A stretch of 63,637 bases of DNA, the filler included, from Octopus bimaculoides (Eukaryota), in NCBI RefSeq assembly GCF_001194135.2. It is 6 parts of 6 records of this genome, joined end to end, with 100 filler letters (N's around TTAATTAATTAA, not from the genome) between each part and the next. Parts side by side here need not be neighbours in the genome. Positions count along the whole stretch, not along the records: positions 1 to 17,970 come from NC_068997.1; positions 18,071 to 37,114 come from NC_069000.1; 4 more parts are not named here. One strand, written 5' to 3'. Position numbers and translations under genes: made by a program. Below the pieces are notes generated by a model. The model ran no database searches, had not been told where the DNA came from, and was given only the letters and a program-made list of their open reading frames with translations. Below are positions 12,304 to 24,694 of the stretch, piece by piece. Each line of letters begins with the position of its first letter. The stretch's first letter is position 1.

Positions 12304-14314
12304 CTGCATAAAGAAAAACAAGGTGGAAAATTACAAATCAAATAGCAATAACTGTCTTACAACAATCACTGCCAAATGTATTACTCTGATTTGTTGTTTT
12401 AGAAACAAGATTTTTGCAAAGTTGTTCAATGCTATACCTGGGTAAACGTAGAAAAAGACTGCACTCAATGGCCTTTCATCCTTCTACATTTTCTCATTCT
12501 TTTATATTAAACAGTTACAATCTATTCAGGCATGGTTTGTATTTCTTGATAAATACACTTTCTTTATTCATCTGTATTTGATCAGAGTATTGTCAACATA
12601 TTGTTACTACAATGGCAAAACTTAGTAATTCAGGTGTTTATTTGTTGCACTTATCCAAATGTTCCCCTTAAACTTAATGCTGATTGTCCTCTGTAATTTT
12701 CTTTACTCCAAAAAAGGTGGAGTGGACATGGAGCACGACAAATTAATGAAATGAATAATAAATGTATAAAACCTCTAATTTTTATGGTCTCAATAAAACC
12801 TATGTGGTCAAATTATAAACAACTGCCTGTAGAGAATCAATTTCATTGGGTGTTAATTAATATAGGACATCTTAATATGCATTAATAAACAACATAATGA
12901 TCTTAAATGAAAATCAATTGTAACTAATTGATCCGGTAAACATAGACTCAGTGACTTATTTGATACTTTTTCCTTTTTTAAGATGTGTATTTATGTGCAT
13001 GCACACACACACACACACATGCAAACACATACACAGGCATTGCTGTGTGGTTAAGAAGCTTGCTTCACAACTGTGGCTTTGGGTTCAATCCCACAGCGTG
13101 GCACTTAGGGGATGTATCTTCTGTTAAGGCCCTAGGCCAACTAATGCCTTGTGAGTGAATTTGGCAGACAGAAGCTGTGTGGAAGACAGCCATGTGTGTG
13201 TGTGCGTGTGTGAATGTGTGTCTTTGTGTCATTGGATTACACAAGTCCTTTATCATGGCAAGCCAGAAGAAATAAAGTACTCAATATGAAGAGTAGAGTG
13301 TTTATTGGAAGCTGAAAATTCCTAAACTGTTACTCAGAGTACCCTAAGTTTCATGTTGATTTTTAAACTGTTGTCAAGCACTGATGATGGCCAAACACTC
13401 CTCCCCACTGCTGGGAGTCTAGTATTTGTGAGGATATGCATATACACGTACATGTATGTACATACCTACATCTACATGTATATATAGATGCATATCTGGG
13501 TACAGGACGTCACAAAAAAAAAAAACAAAAAAACGTGAACAAAATGAGAAACAGAAGATAAACAGAGCACAGAAAACAGGCCACATAGAGAATATTTCCT
13601 TCATCAGCTGCCCCTATTCTAAACTAAGCGTTTCGAAGAGTTAATGTATGTAATCCAAATAAGTAGACAAAGATAGACTTTGACACATCTTTAATGATCA
13701 GTTACAATTGTATCTGTACCAACTCTGCTTTCAACACTTGTTCACACAAAAATTCCAATTGAAAATTTATGTAATATTTAGTTTTGAATATTAGAGCAGT
13801 TCTTTTTCAGACATGCATCAAAGGTGTGCCCTTACACTGTGCGTCTGCCAGGCTTTGCGTTTTGCTTATCTGGAATCTAACAGTGTAGTCAGCCTAAAGC
13901 TCAAGTTGAGTGCTGCATTGGAAATACTTTATCTTTCTACCCTCACAAGACCTTATTCTTTTTATTCTCTTACATGTTTCAGCCATAAGACCGTGACTAT
14001 GCTGGAGCACTGCCAGTGGTGTAAGATGCTGACAGCACCTAAGTCTCCCAAGTGGTCACCCATCTAAGTACTAACTAGGCTTGGCGTTAACTTTGGTGAT
14101 TGGATGAGAACCAGTGCATTCAACATGATATGGGTGTATGTATATATGTATATATATGTATATATATGTATATATATATGTATATATTTAAAGGCGATGA
14201 GGAGTTTAGTTCACTGATGATCTAAACTAATAGGTATGCTGCATAAGTTCTATAATTGGTCATCCGTAGCAGGCTTCTGAGTCAGCAGGTGTATATTAAA
14301 GGAAACGGAAAACA

Positions 14315-14457
14315 AAACAAGGCAGGAGAAGTATCTCAGGTCATTTAGAATATTTAATTAGAGTAAGGTGAATCATAAAAGAAGTCTCCTTTTTTGATTC
14401 ACCTCACTCTAATTAAATATTCTAAATGACCCGAGATATTTGTCCTGCCTTGGTTTT
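14315..14457. repeat. Long inverted repeat (~70-bp arms, almost no spacer)
   Basis: Left arm ...caaggcaggagaagtatctcaggtcatttagaatatttaattagagtaaggtgaatcataaaagaag versus reverse complement of right arm ...caaggcaggacaaatatctcgggtcatttagaatatttaattagagtgaggtgaatcaaaaaaggag; about 7 mismatches by eye. Confidence 0.9.
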
Positions 14458-14473
14458 ATTCTACATTTCTTTT

Positions 14474-14518
<45 letters not shown>

Positions 14519-15023
14519 ATGTGTGTTAGAAAAAATAATAAGGTACTTAGATATGTGGATGGTTGTACATTTACAGATTTTTATTAATATGTCACATATT
14601 TNNNNNNNNNNNNNNNNNNNNNNNNNNNNNNNNNNNNNNNNNNNNNNNNNNNNNNNNNNNNNNNNNNNNNNNNNNNNNNNNNNNNNNNNNNNNNNNNNNN
14701 NNNNNNNNNNNNNNNNNNNNNNNNNNNNNNNNNNNNNNNNNNNNNNNNNNNNNNNNNNNNNNNNNNNNNNNNNNNNNNNNNNNNNNNNNNNNNNNNNNNN
14801 NNNNNNNNNNNNNNNNNNNNNNNNNNNNNNNNNNNNNNNNNNNNNNNNNNNNNNNNNNNNNNNNNNNNNNNNNNNNNNNNNNNNNNNNNNNNNNNNNNNN
14901 NNNNNNNNNNNNNNNNNNNNNNNNNNNNNNNNNNNNNNNNNNNNNNNNNNNNNNNNNNNNNNNNNNNNNNNNNNNNNNNNNNNNNNNNNNNNNNNNNNNN
15001 NNNNNNNNNNNNNNNNNNNNNNN

Positions 15024-15165
15024 AAAAAAAAAAAACAGATGAAGACAGGTGGTGTAGACAACAAAAGGATGTATTAGTATAATGCTTAGGAATAGAGAAA
15101 GTCTTTAACGTTTCGAGCCTTCGCTCTTCAACAGAAAGGAACACAGAAAGAAGCAATGAGAGAAA
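15024..15165 (-). mobile_element. Short Penelope-like repeat with minimal hammerhead-like motif (copy 2)
   Basis: Minus strand 15140-15101 reads TCCTTT-CTGTTGA-A-GAGC-GAAG-GCTC-GAAAC-GTT-AAAGAC. Confidence 0.55.
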
Positions 15166-15610
15166 AAAATATATGTAGTGGTCAGTGATCTACCATGGCG
15201 AATGACATATATATATATACACACACACATACATATACATACATAATAAATCTTTCTTCTCTCCATGTTTAAAGCATATTGTAAATACGAGTATTTTAAA
15301 AAATAATTCCAACAACAAGAACATGTTCAAGCTATAATGGTAAAAGCATGAAAGTCATGAACTTATTTCCTCCAACCAATAGAAACATTCCAGATAGTTA
15401 CTGCAAACATTAATCTAATTTATGGTGGGAGAATGAGCATGTAGAGTGATGTAGTAGAGTTGGTGGTGGTCGTGGTTGGAGTAAGAATTAGTGCTGAAAG
15501 AAATGCTTGTGAAACAGTCCTGGGAGTTTGGATAATTAGTCCAAGACTTATGGCAGTCTGGACATCATGGAAACAAATGAGTTATGTTAGAGTGAAGTGG
15601 ATGTATGAGG

Positions 15611-15680
<70 letters not shown>

Positions 15681-16369
15681 AGGTTTAGAAGGATGCGAGC
15701 AAGAAAAAGAGATGGACAAAGAGGAGGAGGTGAGAGAGAGAGAGAGAGAGAGTAATATGTGTAGGAAAAAAAAAAAATAACATTTTACTTTATTTTATTT
15801 CATTCCAGTAGCTTAAATTCAATTTTTCAATTATTTATTCAGAAAATAAATTTTAATATTGGAAAATTGAATTACGCTCTGAAGTGGCAGACTAGACTAA
15901 ATGTCAGACAGTATTAAATATGGTCACTTTGATGTTCAGAGTTCAAACCCCGCTAAGGTCAACCTCACCCTTTTCATCTCTCCATGAACTTATTTAAAAA
16001 AATCTTTTTAAAAATCTGCTACTGACACTATCAGTCTCTTTTGCCAAGCTGCTAAGTTATTGGGATGTAAACAAACCAACACCAGTTGTTAAGCTGAGTG
16101 GTGTGGAAGACAAACACAAAGACACACACACACAATGTTTGTGTGTGTGTACATGGTATATGGTGATCTTCTACATGGTGTCTAACGACTAAATTCACTT
16201 ACAAAAGTAGTGATCAGCCTGGGGCTATATTAAAAATCACTTGCTCAACCTCCAAATAAATTTTCAACACTTAAGAACCCCCCCCCCTAAAAAAAAATAA
16301 CAGTGTCCACAATCAAAGTTACAAAATATATAAAAACAACACCACACAAGTGTCTATGTACAGGTATGT

Positions 16370-16755
16370 TCTTTTATTCTTTTACTTGTTTCAGTCGTTT
16401 GACTGTGGCCATGCTGGAGCACCGCCTTGAAGTGTTTCCGTTGAACAATTCGACCCCAGGATTTATTTCTAAGCCTAGTACTTATTCTATTGGTCTCTTT
16501 TTTGCTGAACCGCTAAGTTACAGGGGCGTAAACACACCAACAGTAATTGTCAAGCGATGATGGGGGGACAAACACAGACACACACACATATATATACATA
16601 CATACATATACATATATATATATATGATGGACTTTCAGTTTCCCTCTACCAAATCCACTCACAAGGCTTTGTCAGCCCAAGGCTATAGCAGAAGACACTC
16701 GCCCAAAGTGCCACACAGTGGGACTGAACCCAGAACCATGCAGTTAGGAAGCAAG
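16370..16755 (-). mobile_element. SINE family A copy
   Basis: Tail and head both recognisable on the minus strand. Confidence 0.75.
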
Positions 16756-16759
16756 CTTC

Positions 16760-16980
16760 TTATTTCTTTACTGCCCACAAGGGGCTACACACAGAGGGGA
16801 CAATCAAGGACAGACAAACGGATTAAACTGATTATATCGACCCCAGTGTGTAATGTAAACTGGTACTTATTCAACTGATCCCGAAAGGATGAAAGGCGAA
16901 GTCGACCTCGGCGGAATGTGAACTCAGAACGTAGCGGCAAACGAAATACCGCTAAGCATTTCGCCTGGCGTGCTAACTTA
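16760..16980 (-). mobile_element. SINE family B copy, CpG-intact
   Basis: Reverse complement of 23062-23291. Confidence 0.8.
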
Positions 16981-17970
16981 GCAGTTTGGCACAAGTGATC
17001 GATGGAATAAGTACCAGACATTTTCTTAAAAAAAAAAAAAGAACCAGGATGGAGATGGCAATATCGTCAACTAAAAACACTTCATGGTAGTGCCCCAGCG
17101 TGGCCACAGTACAGTGACTGGAACAAGCAAAAGCAAAGATAAAAGCTATACCTTCTCCTCTCCCTCCTCCCCACCTCACTACTTCTCTTTGTTTGGGGGG
17201 GGGGGAGAAAAAGAAAAGAACATCCAGCCTAATGTAGCAATAAATCTNNNNNNNNNNNNNNNNNNNNNNNNNNNNNNNNNNNNNNNNNNNNNNNNNNNNN
17301 NNNNNNNNNNNNNNNNNNNNNNNNNNNNNNNNNNNNNNNNNNNNNNNNNNNNNNNNNNNNNNNNNNNNNNNNNNNNNNNNNNNNNNNNNNNNNNNNNNNN
17401 TCTCCTCTCCCTCCTCCCCACCTCACTACTTCTCTTTGTTTGGGGGGGGGGGAGAAAAAGAAAAGAACATCCAGCCTAATGTAGCAATAAATCTTGATAA
17501 TGATCTGCCCATCAAGTACACAGAACTAATGAAAGAACAAACTGAGAGATAGGGAAGTAGGGGAAGGGCAAAGAGGCAAAAAAAATATTGAAGAATTCTT
17601 AAGAAAAAATGTCTTTCTTATGAGAGATGGAGAGATATGGAGAACTAGAGAAAGAGGAAGAGGGAAAGAGAGATTGAGAGACAAGAAAGGAAAGTGAGAA
17701 TCAGAGAGTGGAGGACAGAGTGAGAGTGAGACAGAGAGATAGGGTAGGAGAGACTGGGAAACAGAGAAAAGTGGAGAAGAGAGAGGAAAAAAAGAGGGGA
17801 AGCAAGAGAGAAAAGGAAATGAAGAAAAGCAATGAAAAGTGAGAGTGGGAGGAAGAAGGAAAGGGAGACAGAGAGAGAAAGTGTAAAGAGGGAGAGAAAG
17901 GAGTGTGTGTGTGTGTGTATAAATATATATATAAATATATACACACACAAACATATATATATATATATAT

Positions 17971-18070
17971 NNNNNNNNNNNNNNNNNNNNNNNNNNNNNN
18001 NNNNNNNNNNNNNNTTAATTAATTAANNNNNNNNNNNNNNNNNNNNNNNNNNNNNNNNNNNNNNNNNNNN
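17971..18070. other. Assembly placeholder N44-TTAATTAATTAA-N44 (also at 37115-37214, 55462-55561, 58754-58853, 61340-61439)
   Basis: Identical 100-nt layout counted at five sites; the palindromic 12-mer gives TAA in all six frames. Confidence 0.95.
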
Positions 18071-18107
<37 letters not shown>

Positions 18108-18349
18108 GTCTGTGTTTGTCCCCCACCATCGCTTGACAAACCGATACTAGTTTGTTTACGTCCCCGTAACTTAGCGTTTTCAGGTACATTAATGAAAATG
18201 ATTGAGCGTGATGTTCTGTTCCATTTTATTATTATGCGCATGCGTAAGCATATAGTTTATTTGCTTATGAATGTTCTGCCTGCGTGCATTCGTTTATGTT
18301 TTACGTGCGAATGTTGTGCGTTTCCGTGTATGTATGCATGTTATGTATG

Positions 18350-19868
18350 TCTCTTCTATTTTTTAATTATAATAAATCTTCCACTGAAGAGGGAGCCAGT
18401 TTCCAACAAAGATACAAGACTCCATCTTTGGGATGTAGTTAACAAATTCGCATTTGGAACTTGAGAAAAGTCTTGCATGTTTTTACTGTTCCACTCACAG
18501 ATTGCACTTGTAATGTACGAATTAGCTGGTCGATTTCTCTTTCTCAAAATCTCAGTTTATCCAGATTCTCCTTTAAGCATTTACTAACAAAACCTAGTGC
18601 TCCAATTATTATTGGTATGAATATGAATTCATAGTCTGGACATAGAAGTTGGAGGTTTTGAAGCAGTTGTCCATCGATATCCTCTTTTTCTTTGATTTTC
18701 AAAGAGATATTTATATCTGCAGGGCAGCTAATCTCTATGATNNNNNNNNNNNNNNNNNNNNNNNNNNNNNNNNNNNNNNNNNNNNNNNNNNNNNNNNNNN
18801 NNNNNNNNNNNNNNNNNNNNNNNNNNNNNNNNNNNNNNNNNNNNNNNNNNNNNNNNNNNNNNNNNNNNNNNNNNNNNNNNNNNNNNNNNNNNNNNNNNNN
18901 NNNNNNNNNNNNNNNNNNNNNNNNNNNNNNNNNNNNNNNNNNNNNNNNNNNNNNNNNNNNNNNNNNNNNNNNNNNNNNNNNNNNNNNNNNNNNNNNNNNN
19001 NNNNNNNAGGGAGGTAGTACCGTGACGACATTTTAGGACAGCTGCTAATCACATGCGTGATGTTTTCCACAGTTGCACCTTGGGATTACGAGAGCGTCAC
19101 TGTCTCTCTTGTTCACCAGGTACTTTGTGGCAATGTCCTCTTCCTGGATTGCAAATGCATAACCTTCAAAGTGTGATGTGATGTAGTGGTCTTGTGTCCA
19201 AGAGAGGCTGCGCTTCGTGTCAATTCTACTGTTTTCTTCAAGCTTCCGGGCAACATACTCATGCATAGTCTTTTTTTTTTTTTGTTTGCTGAGTGCTTTC
19301 CATCCAGCTCAGAGGTAAGAGAGCCTAGCTGATTTGGGGCTGTATAGATCTTCAGGGAGAGAGTTTCCGTGGGGAGATCCCTGCTAACTCGTAAAATGTT
19401 GCTCATTTCACTTTTCAGCACAGCATTTATATATTTATTTTTACTGCTGTTGTTCAGCAGGTGCTGCCTGGGTGATACCATACAGCATCCGAGGGCCGTC
19501 TGCACTGATCTCAGGCCTTTACCACCTTCATTTCTTCTAAGGTAAAACTTGCCAGCATCCCCTTCTGTGGAAGTTCCCAGTTGTTGCCAGGATTTTAGGC
19601 ATTTTGATATCTATGGAGTGGATTTCCTCTACAGACCAATCAAGTATCTCAAATGTTGGGATCAGCACTGGTACTACAAATGCATTGTGGGATATTGTTT
19701 TGTTGTAAGAGGAGAGTTCCGACTGCCATATTTTCCTAAATCTGGTGTAATAGTCTCGGGTCACTCTATCTTTATTCACGGTACCTTCATACGATACATT
19801 TTCATCTATGCCTAGGTACTTGTAACATTCTTTGTGTGGAATGGGGAAGATAGAGAGACCGTTGAGGC
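18350..19868 (-). mobile_element. 5'-truncated, frameshifted R4/Dong-like non-LTR retrotransposon (RT C-terminus, zinc knuckle, restriction-like endonuclease)
   Basis: Minus-strand peptides CYKYLGIDENVSYEGTVNKDRVTRDYYTRFRKIWQSELSSYNKTISHNAF, ENITHVISSCPKMSSRYYLP and IIEISCPADINISLKIKEKE...FIPIIIGALG...GTVKTCKTFLKF; contains a gap at 18742-19008. Confidence 0.85.
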
Positions 19869-19927
19869 ACATGTGTATGTATCTATGTATATCATTGTTC
19901 AGTTTTATTTCAAGACTTCTATGCATG

Positions 19928-19964
<37 letters not shown>

Positions 19965-20007
19965 GTATGAATGTATTTACATACTAAGTGCATACTACGT
20001 ATGTATG

Positions 20008-20254
20008 TCATTATTCAATTTTATTTCAAAATTTCTTGCCAATAGAGAAAAAGCCGGTTTCGAACCTAGATCGAAGGTTCCTTCATTAGAATTTCAGCAT
20101 CAAAAACAGGGTATTTTTGAAGTATGTATGTATGTATGTATGTATGTATGTATGTATGTTTTGTTTTATGTATGTTTCCTCATGGATATACTTGTTTGTG
20201 TAGACATGCTCATATATGCTTAAATGATAAATTTCTGGAAAGTTTTACAGATTT
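20008..20254 (-). mobile_element. Short 3'-end fragment of the R4/Dong-like family
   Basis: atttcttgccaatagagaaaaagccggttt...taaatgataaatttctggaaagttttacagatt matches 49266-49505. Confidence 0.75.
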
Positions 20255-21619
20255 TTATATATGTATGCGTGTATGCATGCATATATGTATGCATACATAT
20301 ATGCATACATATATGTATGCATGCATACATATATGTATGTATGCATGTATGTATGTATCTACGTATGCATGGGTGTGTATATGTGAGGAATTTAAAAAAA
20401 GACAGCCATATGTCTGGTTAATATATTCAAAGTTGTTTGGATTTTTTTTTGAATTTTAAAATTCTTGTTGTTTTCTCTTGTTGACAGGCAACAAAACGCT
20501 TTCCCAGGTCTTCCCGGCATCCAGCTTGCTTAATGTTTTACGCTAATTATGAAATGTTCGTTGTTACTTCCTTTTATTTTTTTATTAAAAAAAAAAGGGA
20601 ATAAATAAATAAAAAAGAGTTATCTACAAGAAAATTGAATAGCAGTAGATGGTAACTCTGCTAGAAATAACTTTGTATGTATTATGACATGTTATGACTT
20701 CCATATTGTATTTATTACGTGTTATCAGATGTTGTGTCTCTAGCTTCCCAGTAAGATGACTGTAGCTGGCTCATGATCACACACCAAAACGAAGCGCTGT
20801 AACGGCGGCAGACCCGCCAACCAAAGCGTCAAAATAGGTACCTATTACGTGGTCGCTAAGTCAGCTAGAAATGACAGCCAAGTTCTCTTCAAAACCACTT
20901 CTTACCGTCTTAAAAATAGGACTTATTGGGCGATTCGTCAAAGATATACAAAAGATTCAATGATAACAGCTGAGATGCTTCATGCCTATGCTTTGTCTGT
21001 TTTTCGTTTGTTTTTTTTTTGTTTGTTTGTTTTTGTTTTTTTTTGTTAAACAGCTAAGTTACTGAGACGCAACTAAATTACTGGGACGTTCAAATTCCGC
21101 CGAGGTCGACTTTGCTTTTCATCCTTTCGAGGTCGATAAGTTAAGTACCAGTTGCGTACAGAGGTCGCTCTAATTGACTGGCCCCCTCTCCCCAAATTTC
21201 AGGCCTTGTGTCTAGAATAGAATTAAGATTATTAATTACTGTTGGTTGTTTTTTCTTCTTTTCTTTTGATGTATTTTCATAATTAATTAACAGTTTTAAT
21301 ATATTTCCTATTACATCTTGCCTGCGTATCTCATAACTCAACAGCTTCAACTCTCCTACATGTATCCCTAACGTCCCCCCATTCCGGCACTGATTTCCTT
21401 AATATAACATCATTTCCCTGAAGTTCATTTTCATCGCCACGAAGTGATATAATGATCAGACAAAAATTCAAATAATCACTAATCCTTTACACAATCTCCT
21501 TCAATTATCATTTTATTCCAACTCAAATATATTTTTCAGCACATTCATCTGTTAAACTTCTTCCTCACTCTCGTCCTATACATGCTTTCGTCCACACCCT
21601 CTTTATCTATTCTAATATA

Positions 21620-22035
21620 CCGTAAATCCTCGAGTATAATCCGCAATTTTCCCCCCAAAATTTATAGTGCGTATTATATACGAGGTAAAAAAGGAAAAAT
21701 ATTTTCTAAGCAAAATTTTTTAAGTGATAAATATGTAAAGGAAAATTTACTTAATATTTATTTTTCACTGACGTTATTACTGTTATTTCTTTATTTTCTG
21801 CAAACAAAGTGCACAGAAAAGCTACATGTTTGCATTATGTTATATATACAATAATAATAATAAAGGACGTTACTGTATATATGTTTACAAACCAAGGATG
21901 TTATATAGACCTCCTTGACTCGAGTTAGAGAAGGGGTGCGTATTATACACAAGGTTTAGGTTTTTCATAGGTACAGCCCCCTAAAAATCCCCTGCGTATT
22001 ATACTCAAGGGCAGACTATACTCGAGGATTTACGG
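21620..22035. mobile_element. Tc2/pogo-like (CCGTA-ended) MITE
   Basis: 25-bp TIRs CCGTAAATCCTCGAGTATAATCCGC / (rc) CCGTAAATCCTCGAGTATAGTCTGC; TA at 21618-19 and 22036-37. Confidence 0.85.
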
Positions 22036-22079
22036 TACTTCGTTACCAATTATTTTAAGAATCATATTAATATCTTTCA

Positions 22080-22515
<436 letters not shown>

Positions 22516-23061
22516 CGTACAATCCACCTTTTATGTTGTTACCTCAAATTGCTACTCTCTTCTTGTTCCGATGCCAATCGTTTTTATCTCTGTTTATGCT
22601 TCATCCTATCCTAAATACCTACGCTCTCACGTTGCAAACCTGGAATCAGTTATCGACATGCTATCTCAAGAGAAACGTCGATTCTACAACAACACTAAAG
22701 CAAGTTCAGATAGGAATCCAAGAATCTGCAAATCGCAATCGACCGACTCAACGACGAGAGGTCTCTGGGCCTTGTAAGACATCTCTGGTACTGGCAAACT
22801 ATTATAAACAAAAACGAAAAGCATGACCTGAGAGGTAGTGAGCAGTTGACTCAATCTACGGCCATCTTTTACACTTGTCACCTGGCTCTTCAGAGCCTTT
22901 AGCAGACTTCACTTTGATGCAAGCACTTTTACTAAACTTCGAGATAGCAAACGATATGATCCCTCAATACAACTTCCATTGCATCTTCCATTATTATAAT
23001 GCGTCCGTTTATTAGAAGGTGCATGAGGTTTTTAAGACCATGTCCATCACTAGAAAAGCAA

Positions 23062-23291
23062 GGCGGTGAGCTGGCAGAAACGTTAGCACGCCGGGCGAAA
23101 TGCTTAGCGGTATTTCGTCTGCCGCTACGTTCTGAGTTCAAATTCCGCCGAGGTCCACCTTGCCTTTCATCTTTTCGGGGTGGATTAAATAAGTACCAGT
23201 TACGCACTGGGGTCGATATAATCGACTTAATCCGTTTGTCTGTCCTTGTTTGTCCCCTCTGTGTGTAGCCCCTTGTGGGCAGTAAGGAAAT
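23062..23291 (+). mobile_element. SINE family B (tRNA-like head plus conserved GCCTTTCATCCTTTCGGGGTCGATAAAATAAGTACCAG central domain)
   Basis: GGCGGTGAGCTGGCAGAAACGTTAGC...GAGTTCAAATTCCGCCGAGG head; same variant tail as 16760-16980 (-). Other copies at ~2460-2660, 2680-2880, 6525-6720, 6990-7170, 11250-11460, 11483-11640, 21050-21230 and 34400-34570. Confidence 0.8.
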
Positions 23292-23345
23292 AACAACACT
23301 AGAAAGGCAACCAGAACAGATCTGTAAAGGTAGTTGAGATCTGTA

Positions 23346-23379
<34 letters not shown>

Positions 23380-23380
<1 letters not shown>

Positions 23381-23490
23381 CATTATTCAGTTTATTTCAA
23401 GATTTCTTGCCAATAGAGAAAGAGCCGGTTTCTAACTTACATTCAAGGCTTCTTTATTGGAATTTCAACGTCAACAACAGGCTATTTTTG
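23380..23490 (-). mobile_element. Very short 3'-UTR fragment of the R4/Dong-like family
   Basis: tcattattcagtttatttcaagatttcttgccaatagagaaagagccggttt matches 20008-20070 and 49266-49300. Confidence 0.7.
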
Positions 23491-23723
23491 TTTTTGCATG
23501 TATATATGTGTGTATGTATATATGTATAAGTGTGTGTATATGAATGTATGTTTGAATGTAAGTATACTTATACACACACGCGCGCGCACACACATACATG
23601 TAAGAGCAAATGTGTATTTCTGGTTACGGATGCAGGTTTATGCATCCGAATATTTATAGGCCAAGTTATCAGAAACACATGTATGCATATCAGTATACAT
23701 ACATACGTATATATGTATGTATG

Positions 23724-23777
<54 letters not shown>

Positions 23778-24694
23778 TACATATGTATGTATATATACAT
23801 ATGTATATATATATATATATATATACATACGTATGTATATATATATATTTATATATATGTATGTACACATATATAGACACACACACATACACACATAGAC
23901 GAAGATATATGCCACGAGTTGTTTTTAATTCGTGTCTATTTTTGTGTGTCTACACAGAAATACACACACACAACCACACACACACACAACCACACACACA
24001 CACATATACGAAGTACAAAAACTCCCAAGACATGATACAAATATAAATACAGGAATAAATATGCAAGCATGGCAACTGGGTGTATAAGTATATACACTAG
24101 TTACTATATGTGTGTGTGTGTGTGTGTTGTTTTTCTGTTGTTCTTATTTCGTGACTAGCTACTTTTAACTCTAACCTGAAAAACGTTTCAATGGTGGGAG
24201 TATTGTACCTACAGACGCAGTTTATTTCCCCATCAACATAAAAGGAATTTATTACACCAATATTTGCTTAAACAGATGTGTGATGTATACATTTGTTGTC
24301 ATTACCATGTATAAAAGTATGCGGTTATATTACCGACACTTGAAAACGAATTCATCGCCGCCTCAAGACAAATTCTTAACCCTGTCTTAACTACACTACC
24401 TAAATCTCGGTACAAACAAATAAATACTATAATGTTTTTATAAATGATTCGTTGAACTTCTTCACCGTCAAAAATCAGGTCGATAAGGGAGTAGGGCTAA
24501 AGGTGAGGGTGGGGATATCATCAAAATAAACACTTTTATCAGACAGGAATCTTGTTTAGGTCCCAACGAGATTAATCTGGCACTTGTGTGTAGATACAGG
24601 TATGGTCACGTGCTAGCCCTAATTTCGCTTCAAACTTACGAGGTTCGTTGTTTGAAACCATTGCGGGGCGCGTTTGGTGGACCGTCCTTTGCTA

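Noticed and set aside
17157-17493. ~90-bp direct repeat flanking the gap at 17248-17400
   Set aside because: Near-identical sequence on both sides of a gap (differing only in a G run) indicates an unmerged contig overlap, not an LTR or a CRISPR-like repeat.
22684-23000. MEVVLRDHIVCYLE / GRRLSQLL fragments resembling CR1 RT
   Set aside because: Similarity too short and broken to call with confidence; possibly an ancient LINE remnant.
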